Positions 1 to 13,152 of a stretch of 64,000 nt of DNA are shown here, piece by piece. Source of the stretch: Octopus sinensis (lineage: Eukaryota); contig NC_043004.1 of the NCBI RefSeq assembly GCF_006345805.1, positions 62,124,001 to 62,188,000 on the forward strand. Direction: 5' to 3'. The notes under the pieces were generated by a model, which did no database searches, was not told the DNA's origin, and saw only the letters and a list, made by a program, of their open reading frames with translations. The stretch's first letter is position 1. Each line of letters opens with the position of its first letter. Made by a program: the position numbers and the translations under genes.

Positions 1-133
1 TATTTAAAGCAGCAGCTTGCAAATTTTAAGAGACAATACTACTTCTTAATTCGAATATGATGAGACCACTAGATATATAAGTATGTATGCTTGTATGTAG
101 GTATGCATGCATGTATGTTTATCTATCTATCTA

Positions 134-181
<48 letters not shown>

Positions 182-243
182 GGGGAAAGTAAGAAGAAGA
201 AAGCGAAGATACACATTGGATATAAAAAATAAGGACATTTTTA

Positions 244-929
244 ATGAAAAGTAACGATAAATATTTTGATGAGCTGAGGTAGAATTAAGAGGAATAAAAG
301 TCATTATTTTGAATTGTTAAAGGGACTCAAATCAGACCAGTTTCGTCAATTACTGTTCACTGGCTTCGCATGCACGCTGATTACCAAACGGTGTCGGGTC
401 TACTAATCCCCAAGTAAAAGGATTATATGCAAGGGAGGTAAGTAGTTCTGGAATGGTTGCAATTAGGGTAAATGTAATACTGTAATATGAATGGTGTATG
501 GAATGCATGGGAATTAGCGGTATTAATCGGTTAGTAGTATTCTGGATTATGTTATGTATTCATGTTTACTTGTGTATATTTATTGATGAAAATTGGTTCT
601 GTATCATTCTTTGCTGATCTGAGGTTTTCTGTGAACACTGATATATAGGGAAAGTTTGGAAGGTAGGTTTAAGTTTACTAGTAAACATTTCTATGCGTTC
701 ACTGACATTCCATAAACCATTCATATTACAGTATTAATCTACCTAAATTGAATCACTCCGAAAACTACTCACGTCCTTTGCATATGATCTTTTTACTCAG
801 GATTTTTGGTAATCGGTGCGCATGCAAAGCCACTGAACAGCAATCGACGACAATTCGACATAATGATTTTTATTCCTCTTAATTCTACCTCAGTTCATCT
901 AATTGTATATATTCATCGTTACTTTTCAT
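244..929. mobile_element. MITE-like/fold-back element with diverged ~130-145 bp inverted arms (244-388 and 805-929)
   Basis: atgaaaagtaacgat...gaggtagaattaagaggaataaaa...ctgttcactggcttcgcatgcacgctgattaccaaa is the reverse complement, with mismatches, of tttggtaatcggtgcgcatgcaaagccactgaacag...ttttattcctcttaattctacctcag...atcgttacttttcat. Confidence 0.7.
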
Positions 930-1039
930 AAAATAGCCTTTATTTCTTTTTATATCCAATGTCATTTCGCCCTTTTCTCTTAATTTCCCATATTTCTATC
1001 AACTGTAGTTTATTTTTTTCTCTATCGAAACCTATTTCT

Positions 1040-1074
1040 ATTATATATATATATATATATATAATATATATATC

Positions 1075-1123
<49 letters not shown>

Positions 1124-1280
1124 ATGTATATATAATATATATATATATATATATGATATATATACATACATACATACATACATATATATTATATATAATA
1201 CATACAATATATATGTATATATATATATAATATATGTATGTATAATATATATATAGATGTATATATATATATATATATGT

Positions 1281-1321
<41 letters not shown>

Positions 1322-1390
1322 GTATATAATATATGCCATATATATATGTATATATGTATATATATATCCATTATATATATATATATAATA
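1040..1390. repeat. (TA)n/(TACA)n microsatellite tract
   Basis: Direct reading; bounds approximate. Confidence 0.95.
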
Positions 1391-1416
1391 AATAAATAAA
1401 TAAATAAATCAATAAA

Positions 1417-1657
1417 TGCCGCCTTTTTAAAGCCTAGCCACGATCATGAGCCCGGTTTCCATTGCGTATGTGTACCCAAGCTGGATGGGACGCCAGTCCA
1501 TCACAGCGTTACTCATTTTGGCCAGCTCAGTGGACTGGAGCAACGTGAAATGAAGTGTTTTGCTCAAGAACACAAAGCGTCGCCCGGTCCAGGAATCGAG
1601 AGCACAATCTTACGGTCATGATGCTGACACGCTATCCACAAAGCCACGCGCCTCCAC
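1417..1657 (-). mobile_element. tRNA-derived SINE (cephalopod-type), decayed
   Basis: Minus strand starts tggaggcgcgtggctttgtggatagcgtg (A-box-like), then ctcgattcctggacc (B-box-like), then gtgttcttgagcaaaacacttcatttcacgttgctccagtccact (SINE core-like). Confidence 0.75.
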
Positions 1658-1661
1658 ATTA

Positions 1662-1844
1662 TATATATAATATACAAGATAAGGGCAGAAGAAATATTCT
1701 AATGCCAGATACGCCAAAACAACAAAAAATTGTCGATAACCATTAAAATTATTCGTCTTGAAACAAACAGATAGAAATCTCTAAAAAATTCGTTATTACC
1801 GTATTGGAAATATTCTTCTGCCCTTATCTTGTACATTATGTATA
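1662..1844. repeat. Short fold-back element, ~43-bp inverted arms
   Basis: tatatataatatacaagataagggcagaagaaatattctaat (1662-1704) versus gtattggaaatattcttctgcccttatcttgtacattatgtata (1801-1844). Confidence 0.8.
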
Positions 1845-2499
1845 AATTTTACCTTTAAAGGCATTTTTTGATATGCTGGCCAATCCTATATCAATTATAT
1901 ATAATAGAAATACAAATATATATATTTTAAAGAGTTTCTGCATGTTTGTCAGACTGGCCCACAGAACATAACCGAGATGCCGTCTCATTTATAAGTATGG
2001 GTGTTTTGTCTACTTTCACACTTAAACTAGGGTGGTGATAATGATGATGATGGTGTGACCAGAGCGAAAGTACCAAAAGTTTCAAAGAATCGAGACTTTT
2101 CAATTTCTCTCTCTCTCATTCTATCTGTCTCCGTCTCTCTCTCTAATGACTTTCACAAGTAAAAATAAAAGAAAAAATTCTGGGGTCCATACACAACTAA
2201 TAATCCTCCAAGGAGGTTCCCCAGTATGGCCTCAGTCTAATGACCGAAAGAAGTTAATGGCGAAAAGAAAAGATAAAGGAAAATTATAACAGTGGGGGAT
2301 TTATCCATTTTCAGCAGCAGAGAGGAACTCAAAAGAAATGGCGCCACTGTCTTTTTATGTGTGCCTCTCTCTTTCTCTCTCTCTCTCTTAAAGAACACAC
2401 ACGCACACACACACACCTACACACAGACACATACAAACGCACACACGCACATACATGTATATTCATTCATGAGAGAGATATACCTATATTTATATCGTA

Positions 2500-2542
<43 letters not shown>

Positions 2543-3335
2543 TATATATATATATAGATAAATTTCTTTCCCATAAGCAGAAGACACCTGACAGTGAAGC
2601 CATACGTACACGGACGTAAATTCAAAGCGAAACAAAAATCTTTGACACACCAACAAAAAGACAATCACACGACACCTTGCCCTACATTCCTGTGATATAA
2701 CGTCGGAATTTTAGCAAAAGCACTGATACTATTCAGCATTTGAAAATTCATTTCACTATTGCTTACCAATTTTTGACATATCAGTTATACATTTATTTCA
2801 CTACAACTTATTGATATTCCTTAACAAAAACATTTCTCATTCCCTTAAGCATTTTCTTCTATATCATATAACTGTTTACTTTGCATTGCTGGTAAACAGG
2901 TATATGATTTCATTACACTATTACTTACTGATATTTATTATTATAAAAATAATGTCTCATATAAAACGACCGTCACAAAACGAACAACAGATAAACGCAC
3001 AACGTGCATCAGAAAACAACGGTGGGACACGCGCACGACTTGCGGATGAGCAGCGGAGAAAGAAAGCTTGATGAGCATCTGAACTCGAACATTCACGAAA
3101 TGCATGACTTGCAGATAGAATGGCAACTCGATGTATAGCAGAATACGAAGACAAAAGACATGCACGACCTGCAGCTGATCGTCTGCGAAACGCTTCAGAT
3201 CGGATGCGAGAAATACAACAAAACACTGCAAACAGACTAGCAGATAACCAACAAAGAATGATGTTGATCTTTCTTCTACTTCAAATATTTACATGTTTCT
3301 CTCTTCTAAAAATGCCTACATGTAAGAGGAGAAAA

Positions 3336-3722
3336 TCTTTATATATAAAAGTGAGGTTGTGTGCTGTCTGTCTCCTACGATTTAGATTCCTAACTACTCC
3401 CACATTTTTCGGTGCAGTTTAACCAAACCGGGTATCTTATAGTCGTGATTCATATCGACCCTTCTGGGTATTAGTGCGCGTCTACGATGAGTCTACGATT
3501 TAAAAAAAAATTACCATCAATTTTTCTCATTTTTAATGCATTTTTGGCATATATAAGGGAAGTAAATCTCTAAAAAATTATTATTAAATCTCAGAACGTA
3601 AAAAGCTACAGTAAACCTTTGTGGTTAGCCATATTGAGATGGCTATTATATTTTACATCTCTAAAAATGATTATATAGTTATTTCCCTCACAAACCCGAG
3701 CAACGCCGGGCGATACTGCTAG
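3336..3722 (+). mobile_element. Non-autonomous Helitron
   Basis: Begins TC after A3335 (TCtttatatataaaagtgagg). Ends with hairpin cccg-agcaacgc-cggg, a short spacer and CTAG (3719-3722) followed by T. This is the canonical A|TC...CTAG|T Helitron signature. Confidence 0.8.
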
Positions 3723-4973
3723 TTATACATATTATAATACGTACAATGTGCCTCCCGATAAACAGTAAAAGTAATTACTCGATCAAAGACGGGTTTTAAA
3801 GAGAGATGGAGAGGGAGAGAGATTACATGGGATTTTTTTTTTACTACTGATTCAATGAATAATGAATCTAAATGATGTTTCAACATCCAGAAACTGTTTC
3901 ATACCACCTCGCTCTGGATTCAAATTTTGCCGAGATTTAATTTACCTCAAATCCTTTCATGGAGAATAAGTTAGGTACCTGCCGAGCTCAGCATCGATGT
4001 AATCGACTTACAACATCCTCGGTATTCGTTAGTGCTAAACATTGAAACTAATATTTACCAACAATTAGGAAACGGGTGAATAAGAGTTGATATGTTCCTT
4101 GTGAGTCAATCTACAACTATTCTTTTCATTTCACATCAAACAGATTGCATCAAATTACACAGAAACAGAAACAAATGAAGCGTATTTCAGTGAAGTGGGG
4201 TCGGTGCACAATGATGGCATCGAATGGTAGGCCCCGAAAAAGCTCGTATTCTCTCCTGATGACCCCATAAACAAGGTATCATCCAGTATGTGGAGCTCTC
4301 AACTGGTATTATTTGCATCTGCATGTTTGCAATAATCATTATAAATGATGTATTACTACGATGTTTTTGTCTTTGTGTGAGATGATTATATGGTTGTGCA
4401 TTATTAATGGCTTGCAATTCTGTTACACAACAATAACGTCTAGACATCATAAAAGTCGTCGAATGACCATTTCCCTCTGCAAAAGAGTGTTTTCCAATAT
4501 TGGAGATGATAAAACGAAAGTCCATACACGTCCTCAATTCAAAGTGGATGCCTATAGTCAAACAGCATAATGCATGTCAAGTAAAAGGTTCTTCGCAGGG
4601 TCTTTGGAGCAAAGTTACCCTACAAGTTAGTTTTCCGCATGGAAAAGATACAACATCGGTAAAATAGACTTATAATATTAGACTGTGGGATTTTTATTTA
4701 AGTTTAATATGCTACAATTCATGATGACAAAAGAAGTTGCCAGCCTGATAAATACGGTATTCAGAATCTTACAAACATTATATATTGTTAGAGAAGTACA
4801 TATGAATATCCTTGTGTGCATGTGTGTGTACGTGTGTATGTAAAAATATGTTTGTATGTATATTATATATATATATATAAATATATATGTAGGTCCCGGG
4901 TTGAGTCGGGGTTAACCACAGTAAATAAGGTACTCAATACATAGCAGAGTAAATTAATTTATTTTATAGAAGG

Positions 4974-5024
4974 AGCTTCTACAGGACTAGAACTGTTTCA
5001 TTCAAAAGAAATCATCAGGAAGCT
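4974..5024 (-). ncRNA. Type I hammerhead ribozyme in PLE-1 terminal repeat
   Basis: Minus strand: agcttc CTGATGA t-ttc-tttt-gaa-t GAAA cag-ttctagtc-ctg TA gaagct. Stem I is 6 bp (agcttc/gaagct), the core is canonical, stem III is cag/ctg, and the cleavage triplet is GUA. Confidence 0.85.
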
Positions 5025-5363
5025 AGGTGACAAGAATAGTTTTGGCATTTATACACTTAGGCAGGTTTTAGGGGTGGTGGTGGGCGACTTTTTGGGGTAG
5101 GCAAGGCGCAAACTATCATTCTTATGGGAGTGGTCAAAGGAATCAGTGATAAAGTAGATAAAAGAATAAATAGAATAATAGAGTTTACATACACATACCT
5201 ACATACATCCATATACACATGTACATATGCACCCATTTACATACATCTACGTACTCACTCATACCCATACTCATACATACACACAAATATCTACACACAT
5301 ATATATGTAAAATAAATAAATATAAAAGAGGATATACACCCCATACACACACGCTCACATATC

Positions 5364-5400
<37 letters not shown>

Positions 5401-5407
<7 letters not shown>

Positions 5408-5709
5408 TAAGGGTAGAAATTGATATTTATCAATTAAGACCAGTGGTCTAGCATATTAAAAAAGAATCCGAAGATTAAAATATTTATATATACCAATTAA
5501 GGACTGAACACGAAAAGTGGACAGTCAACATGCTAGATATAGACGTCAAATCGCCATTCACCACAAAAGATTATGTTCTCAGATCAAACTCAACACAAAA
5601 CACAAAACAAAAACTCAAGAACATAATCTTTTGTGTGAATGGCGATTTGACGTCTATATCTAGCATGTTGACTGTCCACTTTTCGTGTTCAGTCCTTATT
5701 GGTATATAT
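5401..5709. repeat. ~310-bp insertion in a (TA)n tract ending in a ~93-bp-arm hairpin (5486-5579 / 5618-5709)
   Basis: Absent from the homologous inverted arm at 9570-9690. The two hairpin arms differ by only two 1-nt indels and enclose a 38-nt loop. Confidence 0.85.
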
Positions 5710-5759
5710 ATATATATATATATATACATATACTACATTATATATACAATCTACATATA

Positions 5760-5845
<86 letters not shown>

Positions 5846-6512
5846 CTATATCTATTGTTTTTATTTGACCTCGACCAACGAAGCCGACACAGAGGTAGGT
5901 TTCTCCCAAGGGAGCTTGCCTTGCTGGCTTAAAAACCGTTTATGGCCCCTCTACCTTCCTTTCTATCTTTCTACCCACTGATACGAACACAAACACTCAC
6001 ACACGCACACACACTCACACGCACACTCATACACAGACGCACGTGTTATATTCATACATACATAAGTGTACCGACTTTCACATAAACGTACACATAACTA
6101 TGTACACACAAAACCACATATATAAACGTACTTCGGTACACATAAACACACAAGAACATCTGCCAACATATATAGACTCATATGCCTATATACAGACATT
6201 TGTGCATATAAACATACATACGCATATATACACATCCATACGCCTTTAAGTACATATTAGCACACATGCACGCATACACGTGTACATAAAAGCATACCTA
6301 CATATATCTACCTACACTCATACATATACATACATGCACATATATACGCATACGTACACGTACCTACATATTCATATCTACACGCATACACATACATACA
6401 TCTGCACACATACAGAAGACTAGTCCACATATATACACAAGTATATATATATATATATACACATGTTATACATATCATATACATATATATACATAATATT
6501 ATATATATATAG

Positions 6513-6543
<31 letters not shown>

Positions 6544-6859
6544 TCACATACACGCACGTATATACCTACATATACATATATACCTACACCAGTCATATAC
6601 ATACCTACATACACATACATCCATATATCCATACATATACATACACATATATATACACATGCACATACCAATATACATACGCATATCTAAGCACATACAC
6701 GCACTCACATGTATCTACATATATAAAAAAAAGAGAAACCCAACAAATCCATACTTATACACTCATACACATACATACTACATATACACATATATACCCA
6801 TACATACATCCACACAGAGGTATACAGGCATATACACACATATATATATATACACACAC

Positions 6860-6896
<37 letters not shown>

Positions 6897-6981
6897 TATA
6901 TATATATACACACCATACGCACACAAATCTATACCCATACATATATACACATATATACACACACAGATATATACACACATG

Positions 6982-7014
<33 letters not shown>

Positions 7015-7456
7015 CATATATATACATACATACACATACATATACATACACACACATCTACATACACATACTTCCGTACGCACACCCATATACATACATA
7101 CATCCACACAGGGGTATACAGGCATATATACACATATATACACACACACACACACACATATATATATACACACACGAACGCACACAAATACACATATATA
7201 CACATATATACACCAATACACATACGCATACACACACGCGCATCTATATATACATAAATACATACATGCATACAAACATATACATATATACATACATGCA
7301 TACTCAAATAATAAATAATAAATATATATACGTGCAATTACCCATCATACAGACGGATACATACATATTAACATACATATGTATACCTATTTACCCATAT
7401 GCACCTACATACACATACATAAATCTACATACCTACATATACATAAACACACAAGC

Positions 7457-7495
<39 letters not shown>

Positions 7496-7756
7496 TATAT
7501 TATATATCTATATATCCATACATATATCCACATACATATAGATACACATATATATACACATACGTACCACATATATACACGTATGTAAATACGCGCACAC
7601 ACTACACACATACGTATATTCATACATACATCCATACATATCTATACATATATACATGTGTACATATACAATATGTGAATAGTCATAGGAGAGAAGGTAA
7701 TTGGGTGTGTTGAGGGGACGGCGGGGGTGGCGTGGGGGTTTGTGGGTGGGGTGTCG

Positions 7757-9471
7757 TCAATCGGGTTGCCAGGTGGGTCTGTAGTTTTTATAGTTTGCAT
7801 AAATTTTGTGCATACAATTTGGGGAGTGTTCTGAGATCTTGAGGAGAGGGCCTTTGGCGAACAAGATCTCCAGGCTCTCAGAGATGCAAAGGTCACAGCA
7901 GGTATGGCCTCCTGTGTACGAACGCGCCCTCTGTAGTAGTCTCCACTTGATCTTGAAGGGGATGGAGTTCTTTTTAGGTACCAGATGTGGGCGGCGAGAG
8001 TAGTTTGGTTAGATTTGTCAGGTCGCCGGAATGAATGTGTGTGGGCGTACCAACGAGTCTTAAAGCTGTTTGACGTCATTCCGATGTACGATTTTCTTTT
8101 ATCATCGGGGCCTGATCGTACCTCGCATGTGTAGACTAGGTCCTTCTGTAGGCAGTTGTTGTTGAGGGGGCAAGTGGTTTTATCAGGGAAGTTGCATTTG
8201 CTTTCGGATGTTGGATGGGCCTCGGAAAAAGTAGATTTATTAAGTTTTTTCACGTTATTGTTGGCTACGTTCCTGGCTAGATTGGGCGTGGTGGAGTAGG
8301 AGAGTCTAATGGTGTTCTTATTTAGGATTGCATAGTACTTATGTTGGGTGGGGAAGTGTTTTTGTAGGAGAGTGAAGAAAATTTTGGCTACAGGTGTGGC
8401 GACCTCACGGGGTTGAAGGGGGGGGGGGTTGTACCAGCTAATGTGTCTTCGCCTATTTTTCCTGGGTTGGCGTGGGGCTATGCTACTGTAGGTGATCTTA
8501 TCTTTAAAGCCACTGCGGGCCAGGGCCTCGTTGTAATAGGGGGCTACGGCGTTAAAGATATCTTCAGTAGCGGACAGGCTAGATATTCTAATTGAGACGC
8601 TTTTCACTAGGTTGTCTAATATATTTTTGGGGTGGTTAGAATTAATGTCTATATATCTAAGGGATTCATTTGGTTTATGGTACGGGTAGTAAAGTGAGGT
8701 TTTTAAGTCGAGGGTATCGTCAAGGAAGTTAGCTTTGGTTAAGTTGGATTCTAAGGTAATCCTAAGGCCTAAGTTTTTAAAAAAAGTGTAAAGGTTTTTC
8801 CGAAACCCATCCGTGGTCCTGGGGTTTATTTTGTGGAGGGCAAACAGGCCATCATCGCGGTGAAGACCACCGGAGAGGCCTGTGAATAGGGTCTTCAGCC
8901 TATGGAGGATGAAAAGGCCCAGAATGTCACTTATTTCAGCCGAGTCACTAGCACCCATGCTGACGTCGAAGGGGGTCACAGATTTTTTGTTGACCCAGTG
9001 GGATCCGTCGTGGAAAAGAAAAGTCTTACGTGCATGGAGGATCACATCTTGCTCGGCCTCGGTGATGGTGGAGAACGTCCTAGCGAAGTTAATCGCGTCG
9101 ATCAGCAGGCTCTCCGATATAGAGGCGTAGTAATCCTCGATATCTAATTGTAGGAATCGGGTGTTGCTTTTGTCAGGTAAATCCCGGAACCAAGTTATTG
9201 CCTCGGAGGTCCTATTCCAGAGTGGAAGAGATGAAGCTTCACGCATTTTTGGTAAAATCCTGTCCAGGATATTCTTGCTGACGGATCCGATGTCAGACTT
9301 GGTTGGGTTAATCAGTCGGACCGATGGTTTATTTTCGAAACTGTCTTTGTGGTCTTTCAGGGTGAAGTGTGGGGACTTCACCCTCAGGTGTTCCGTTCGG
9401 TCTTCGATTTTAAGGGAGGTGGCTATCTCCTTCCCGGCTAAGTTGGTTTCAGTTAAAGCTGTGCCATCAAC
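7757..9471 (-). pseudogene. PLE reverse transcriptase + GIY-YIG endonuclease, 5'-truncated, one frameshift near 7975
   Basis: Motifs TLKDHKDSFENKPSVRLINPTKSDIG, FLQLDIEDYY, MGASDSAEISDILGLFIL, GLHRDDGL, NFLDDTLDL, SWYNPP, LVYTCEV...SYIGMT...FKTRWYAH. The true C-terminus (KIKWRLLQRARSY...CDLCISESLEIL...CMH...QPD*) is in a shifted frame with its stop at 7757-7759. Confidence 0.92.
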
Positions 9472-9567
9472 GTAGAGGGGCAATAAATGGTTTTTTAAGC
9501 CAGCAAGGCAAGCTCCCTTGGGAGAAACCTACCTCTGTGTCGGCTTCGTTGGTCGAGGTCAAATAAA

Positions 9568-9628
<61 letters not shown>

Positions 9629-9645
9629 ATGTGTGTGTATGAATG

Positions 9646-9683
<38 letters not shown>

Positions 9684-10026
9684 ATATGTGAGCGTGTGTG
9701 TATGGGGTGTATATCCTCTTTTATATTTATTTATTTTACATATATATGTGTGTAGATATTTGTGTGTATGTATGAGTATGGGCATGGGTGAGTACGTAGA
9801 TGTATGTAAATGGGTGCATATGTACATGTGTATATGGATGTATGTGGGTATGTGTATGTAAACTCTATTATTCTATTTATCTTTATCTACTTTATCACTG
9901 ATTCCTTTGACCACTCCCATAAGAATGATAGTTTGCGCCATGCCTACCCCAAAAAGTCCCCCCCCACCACCACCCCCCCTTAAACCTGCCTAAGTGTATA
10001 AATGCCAAAACTATTCTTGTCACCTA

Positions 10027-10068
10027 GCTTCCTGATGATTTCTTTTGAATGAACAGTTCTAGTCCTGT
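10027..10068 (+). ncRNA. Defective HHR copy in the inverted arm (3' strand of stem I missing; GAAA read as GAA)
   Basis: agcttc ctgatga tttcttttgaat gaa cagttctagtcctgta, then taaaataaat instead of gaagct. Confidence 0.7.
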
Positions 10069-10418
10069 ATAAAATAAATATATAATATATATATATATAT
10101 ATATATACACATACACGCACGTATATACCTACATATACATATATACCTACACCAGTCATATACATACCTACATACACATACATCCATATATCCATACATA
10201 TACATACACACATATATATACACATGCACATACCAATATACATACGCATATCTAAGCACATACACGCACTCACATGTATCTACATATATAAAAAAAAGAG
10301 AAACCCAACAAATCCATACTATACACTCATACACATACATACATACATATACAATATACCCATACATACATCCACACAGAGGTATACAGGCATATACACA
10401 CATATTATATATACACAC

Positions 10419-10468
<50 letters not shown>

Positions 10469-10536
10469 CACCGTACGCACACAAATCTATACCCATACAT
10501 ATATACACATATATACACACACAGATATATACACAC

Positions 10537-10575
<39 letters not shown>

Positions 10576-11308
10576 TATACATACATACACATACATACAT
10601 ACACAGACATCTAACTACACATACTTCCGTACGCACACCCATATACATACATACATCCACACAGGGGTATACAGGCATATATACACATATATATACACAC
10701 AACACACACATATATATATATACACACGAACGCACACAAATACACATATATACACATATATACACCAATACACATACGCATACACACACGCGCATCTATA
10801 TATACATAAATACATACATGCATACAAACATATACATATATACATACATGCATACTCAAATAATAAATAATAAATATATATACGTGCAATTACCCATCAT
10901 ACAGACGGATACATACATATTAACATACATATGTATACCTACTTACCCATATGCACCTACATACACATACACATAAATCTACATACCTACATATACATAA
11001 ACACACAGCGTACATATATATATATATATATATATAGATATATATATATATATATATATATATCCCACCATACATTATATCCACATACATATAGATACAC
11101 ATATATATACACATACGTACACACGTATATACACGTATGTAAATACGCGCACACACACACATACGTATATTCATACATACATCCATACATATCTATACAT
11201 ATATACATGTGTACATATACAATATGTGAATAGTCATAGGAGAGAGAGAAGTAATGGGTGTGTTGAGGGGACGGCGGGGGTGGCGTGGGGGTTGTGGGTG
11301 GGGTGTCG

Positions 11309-13015
11309 TCAATCGGGTTGCCAGGTGGGTCTGTAGTTTTTATAGTTTGCATAAATTTTGTGCATACAATTTGGGGAGTGTTCTGAGATCTTGAGGAGGG
11401 GCCCTTGGCGAAAAGATCTCCAGGCTCTCAGAGATGCAAAGGTCACAGCAGGTATGGCTCCTGTGTACGAACGCGCCTCTGTAGTAGTCTCCACTTGATC
11501 TTGAAGGGGATGGAGTTCTTTTTAGGTACCAGGTGGGCGGCGAGAGTAGTTTGGTTAGATTTGTCAGGTCGCCGGAATGAATGTGTGTGGGCGTACCAAC
11601 GAGTCTTAAAGCTTTTGACGTCATTCCGATGTACGATTTTTCTTTATCATCGGGGCCTGATCGTACCTCGCATGTGTAGACTAGGTCCTTCTGTAGGCAG
11701 TTGTTGTTGAGGGGGCAAGTGGTTTTATCAGGGAGTTGCATTGCTTTCGGATGTTGGATGGGCCTCGAAAAAGTAGATTTATTAAGTTTTTTCACGTTAT
11801 TATTGGCTAGGTTCCTGGCTAGATTGGGCGTGGTGGAGTAGGAGAGTCTAATGGTGTCTTATTTAGGATTGCCATAGTACTTATGTGGGGTGGGGGGGGA
11901 GTGTTTTTGTAGGAGAGTGAGAAAAATTTTGGCTACAGGTGTGGCGCACCTCACGGGGTTGAAGGGGGGTTGTACCAGCTAATGTGTCTTCGCCTATTTT
12001 TCCTGGGTTGGCGTGGGGCTATGCTACTGTAGGTGATCTTATCTTTAAAGACACTGCGGGCCAGGGCCTCGTTGTAATAGGGGGCTACGGCGTTAAAGAT
12101 ATCTTCAGTAGCGGACAGGCTAGATATTCTAATTGAGACGCTTTTCACTAGGTTGTAATATATTTGGGGGGTGGTTAGAATTAATGTCTATATATCTAAG
12201 GGATTCATTTGGTTTATGGTACGGGTAGTAAAGTGAGGGTTTTAAGTCGAGGTATCGTCAAGGAAGTTAGCTTTGGTTAAGTTGGATTCTAAGGTAATCC
12301 TAAGGCCTAAGTTTTTAAAAAAAGTGTAAAGGTTTTTCCGAAACCCATCCGTGGTCCTGGGGTTTATTTTGTGGAGGGCAAACAGGCCATCATCGCGGTG
12401 AAGACCACCGGAGAGGCCTGTGAATAGGGTCTTCAGCCTATGGAGGATGAAAAGCCCAGAATGTCACTTATTTCAGCCGAGTCACTAGCACCCATGCTGA
12501 CGTCGAAGGGGGTCACAGATTTTTGTTGACCCAGTGGGATCCGTCGTGGAAAAGAAAAGTCTTACGTGCATGGGATCACATCTTGCTCGGCCTCGGTGAT
12601 GGTGGAGAACGTCCTAGCGAAGTTAATCGCGTCGATCAGCAGGCTCTCCGATATAGAGGCGTAGTAATCCTCGATATCTAATTGTAGGAATCGGGTGTTG
12701 TTTTTGTCAGGTAAATCCCGGAACCAAGTTATTGCCTCGGAGGTCCTATTCCAGAGTGGAAAGAAGAAGCTTCACGCATTTTTGGTAAAATCCTGTCCAG
12801 GATATTCTTGCTGACGGATCCGATGTCAGACTTGGTTGGGTTAATCAGTCGGACCGATGGTTTATTTTCGAAACTGTCTTTGTGGTCTTCAGGGTGAAGT
12901 GTGGGGACTTCACCCTCAGGTGTTCCGTTCGGTCTTCGATTTTAAGGGAGGTGGCTATCTCCTTCCCGGCTAAGTTGGTTTCAGTTAAAGCTGTGCCATC
13001 AACGTAGAGGGGCAA
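11309..13015 (-). pseudogene. Second, heavily frameshifted copy of the PLE RT-GIY-YIG ORF
   Basis: ORF-track fragments at 11309-11494, 11340-11795 and 11951-12148 match the 613-aa product. Confidence 0.88.
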
Positions 13016-13113
13016 TAAATGGTTTTTTAAGCCAGCAAGGCAAGCTCCCTTGGGAGAAACCTACCTCTGTGTCGGCTTCGTTGGTCGAGGTCAAATAAAA
13101 AAAACAATATATA

Positions 13114-13152
<39 letters not shown>

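Larger units (their letters stand above)
4889..10080 (-). mobile_element. Penelope-like element (PLE-1): 3' terminal repeat (4889-5954), simple-sequence 3' UTR, 5'-truncated RT-GIY-YIG ORF, and inverted terminal-repeat copy (9472-10080)
   Basis: 4980-5400 plus 5850-5954 is the reverse complement of 9472-10068. The ORF lies between these arms. Both outer ends run into (TA)n. Confidence 0.88.

Noticed and set aside
4187-4570. 124-aa and 69-aa ORFs as host exons
   Set aside because: No recognisable motif or splice context; their lengths are compatible with chance.
7642-7975. C-terminal ~110 aa of the 613-aa ORF as given in the track
   Set aside because: Out of frame after a frameshift; the alternative frame gives the conserved PLE C-terminus ending at 7757.
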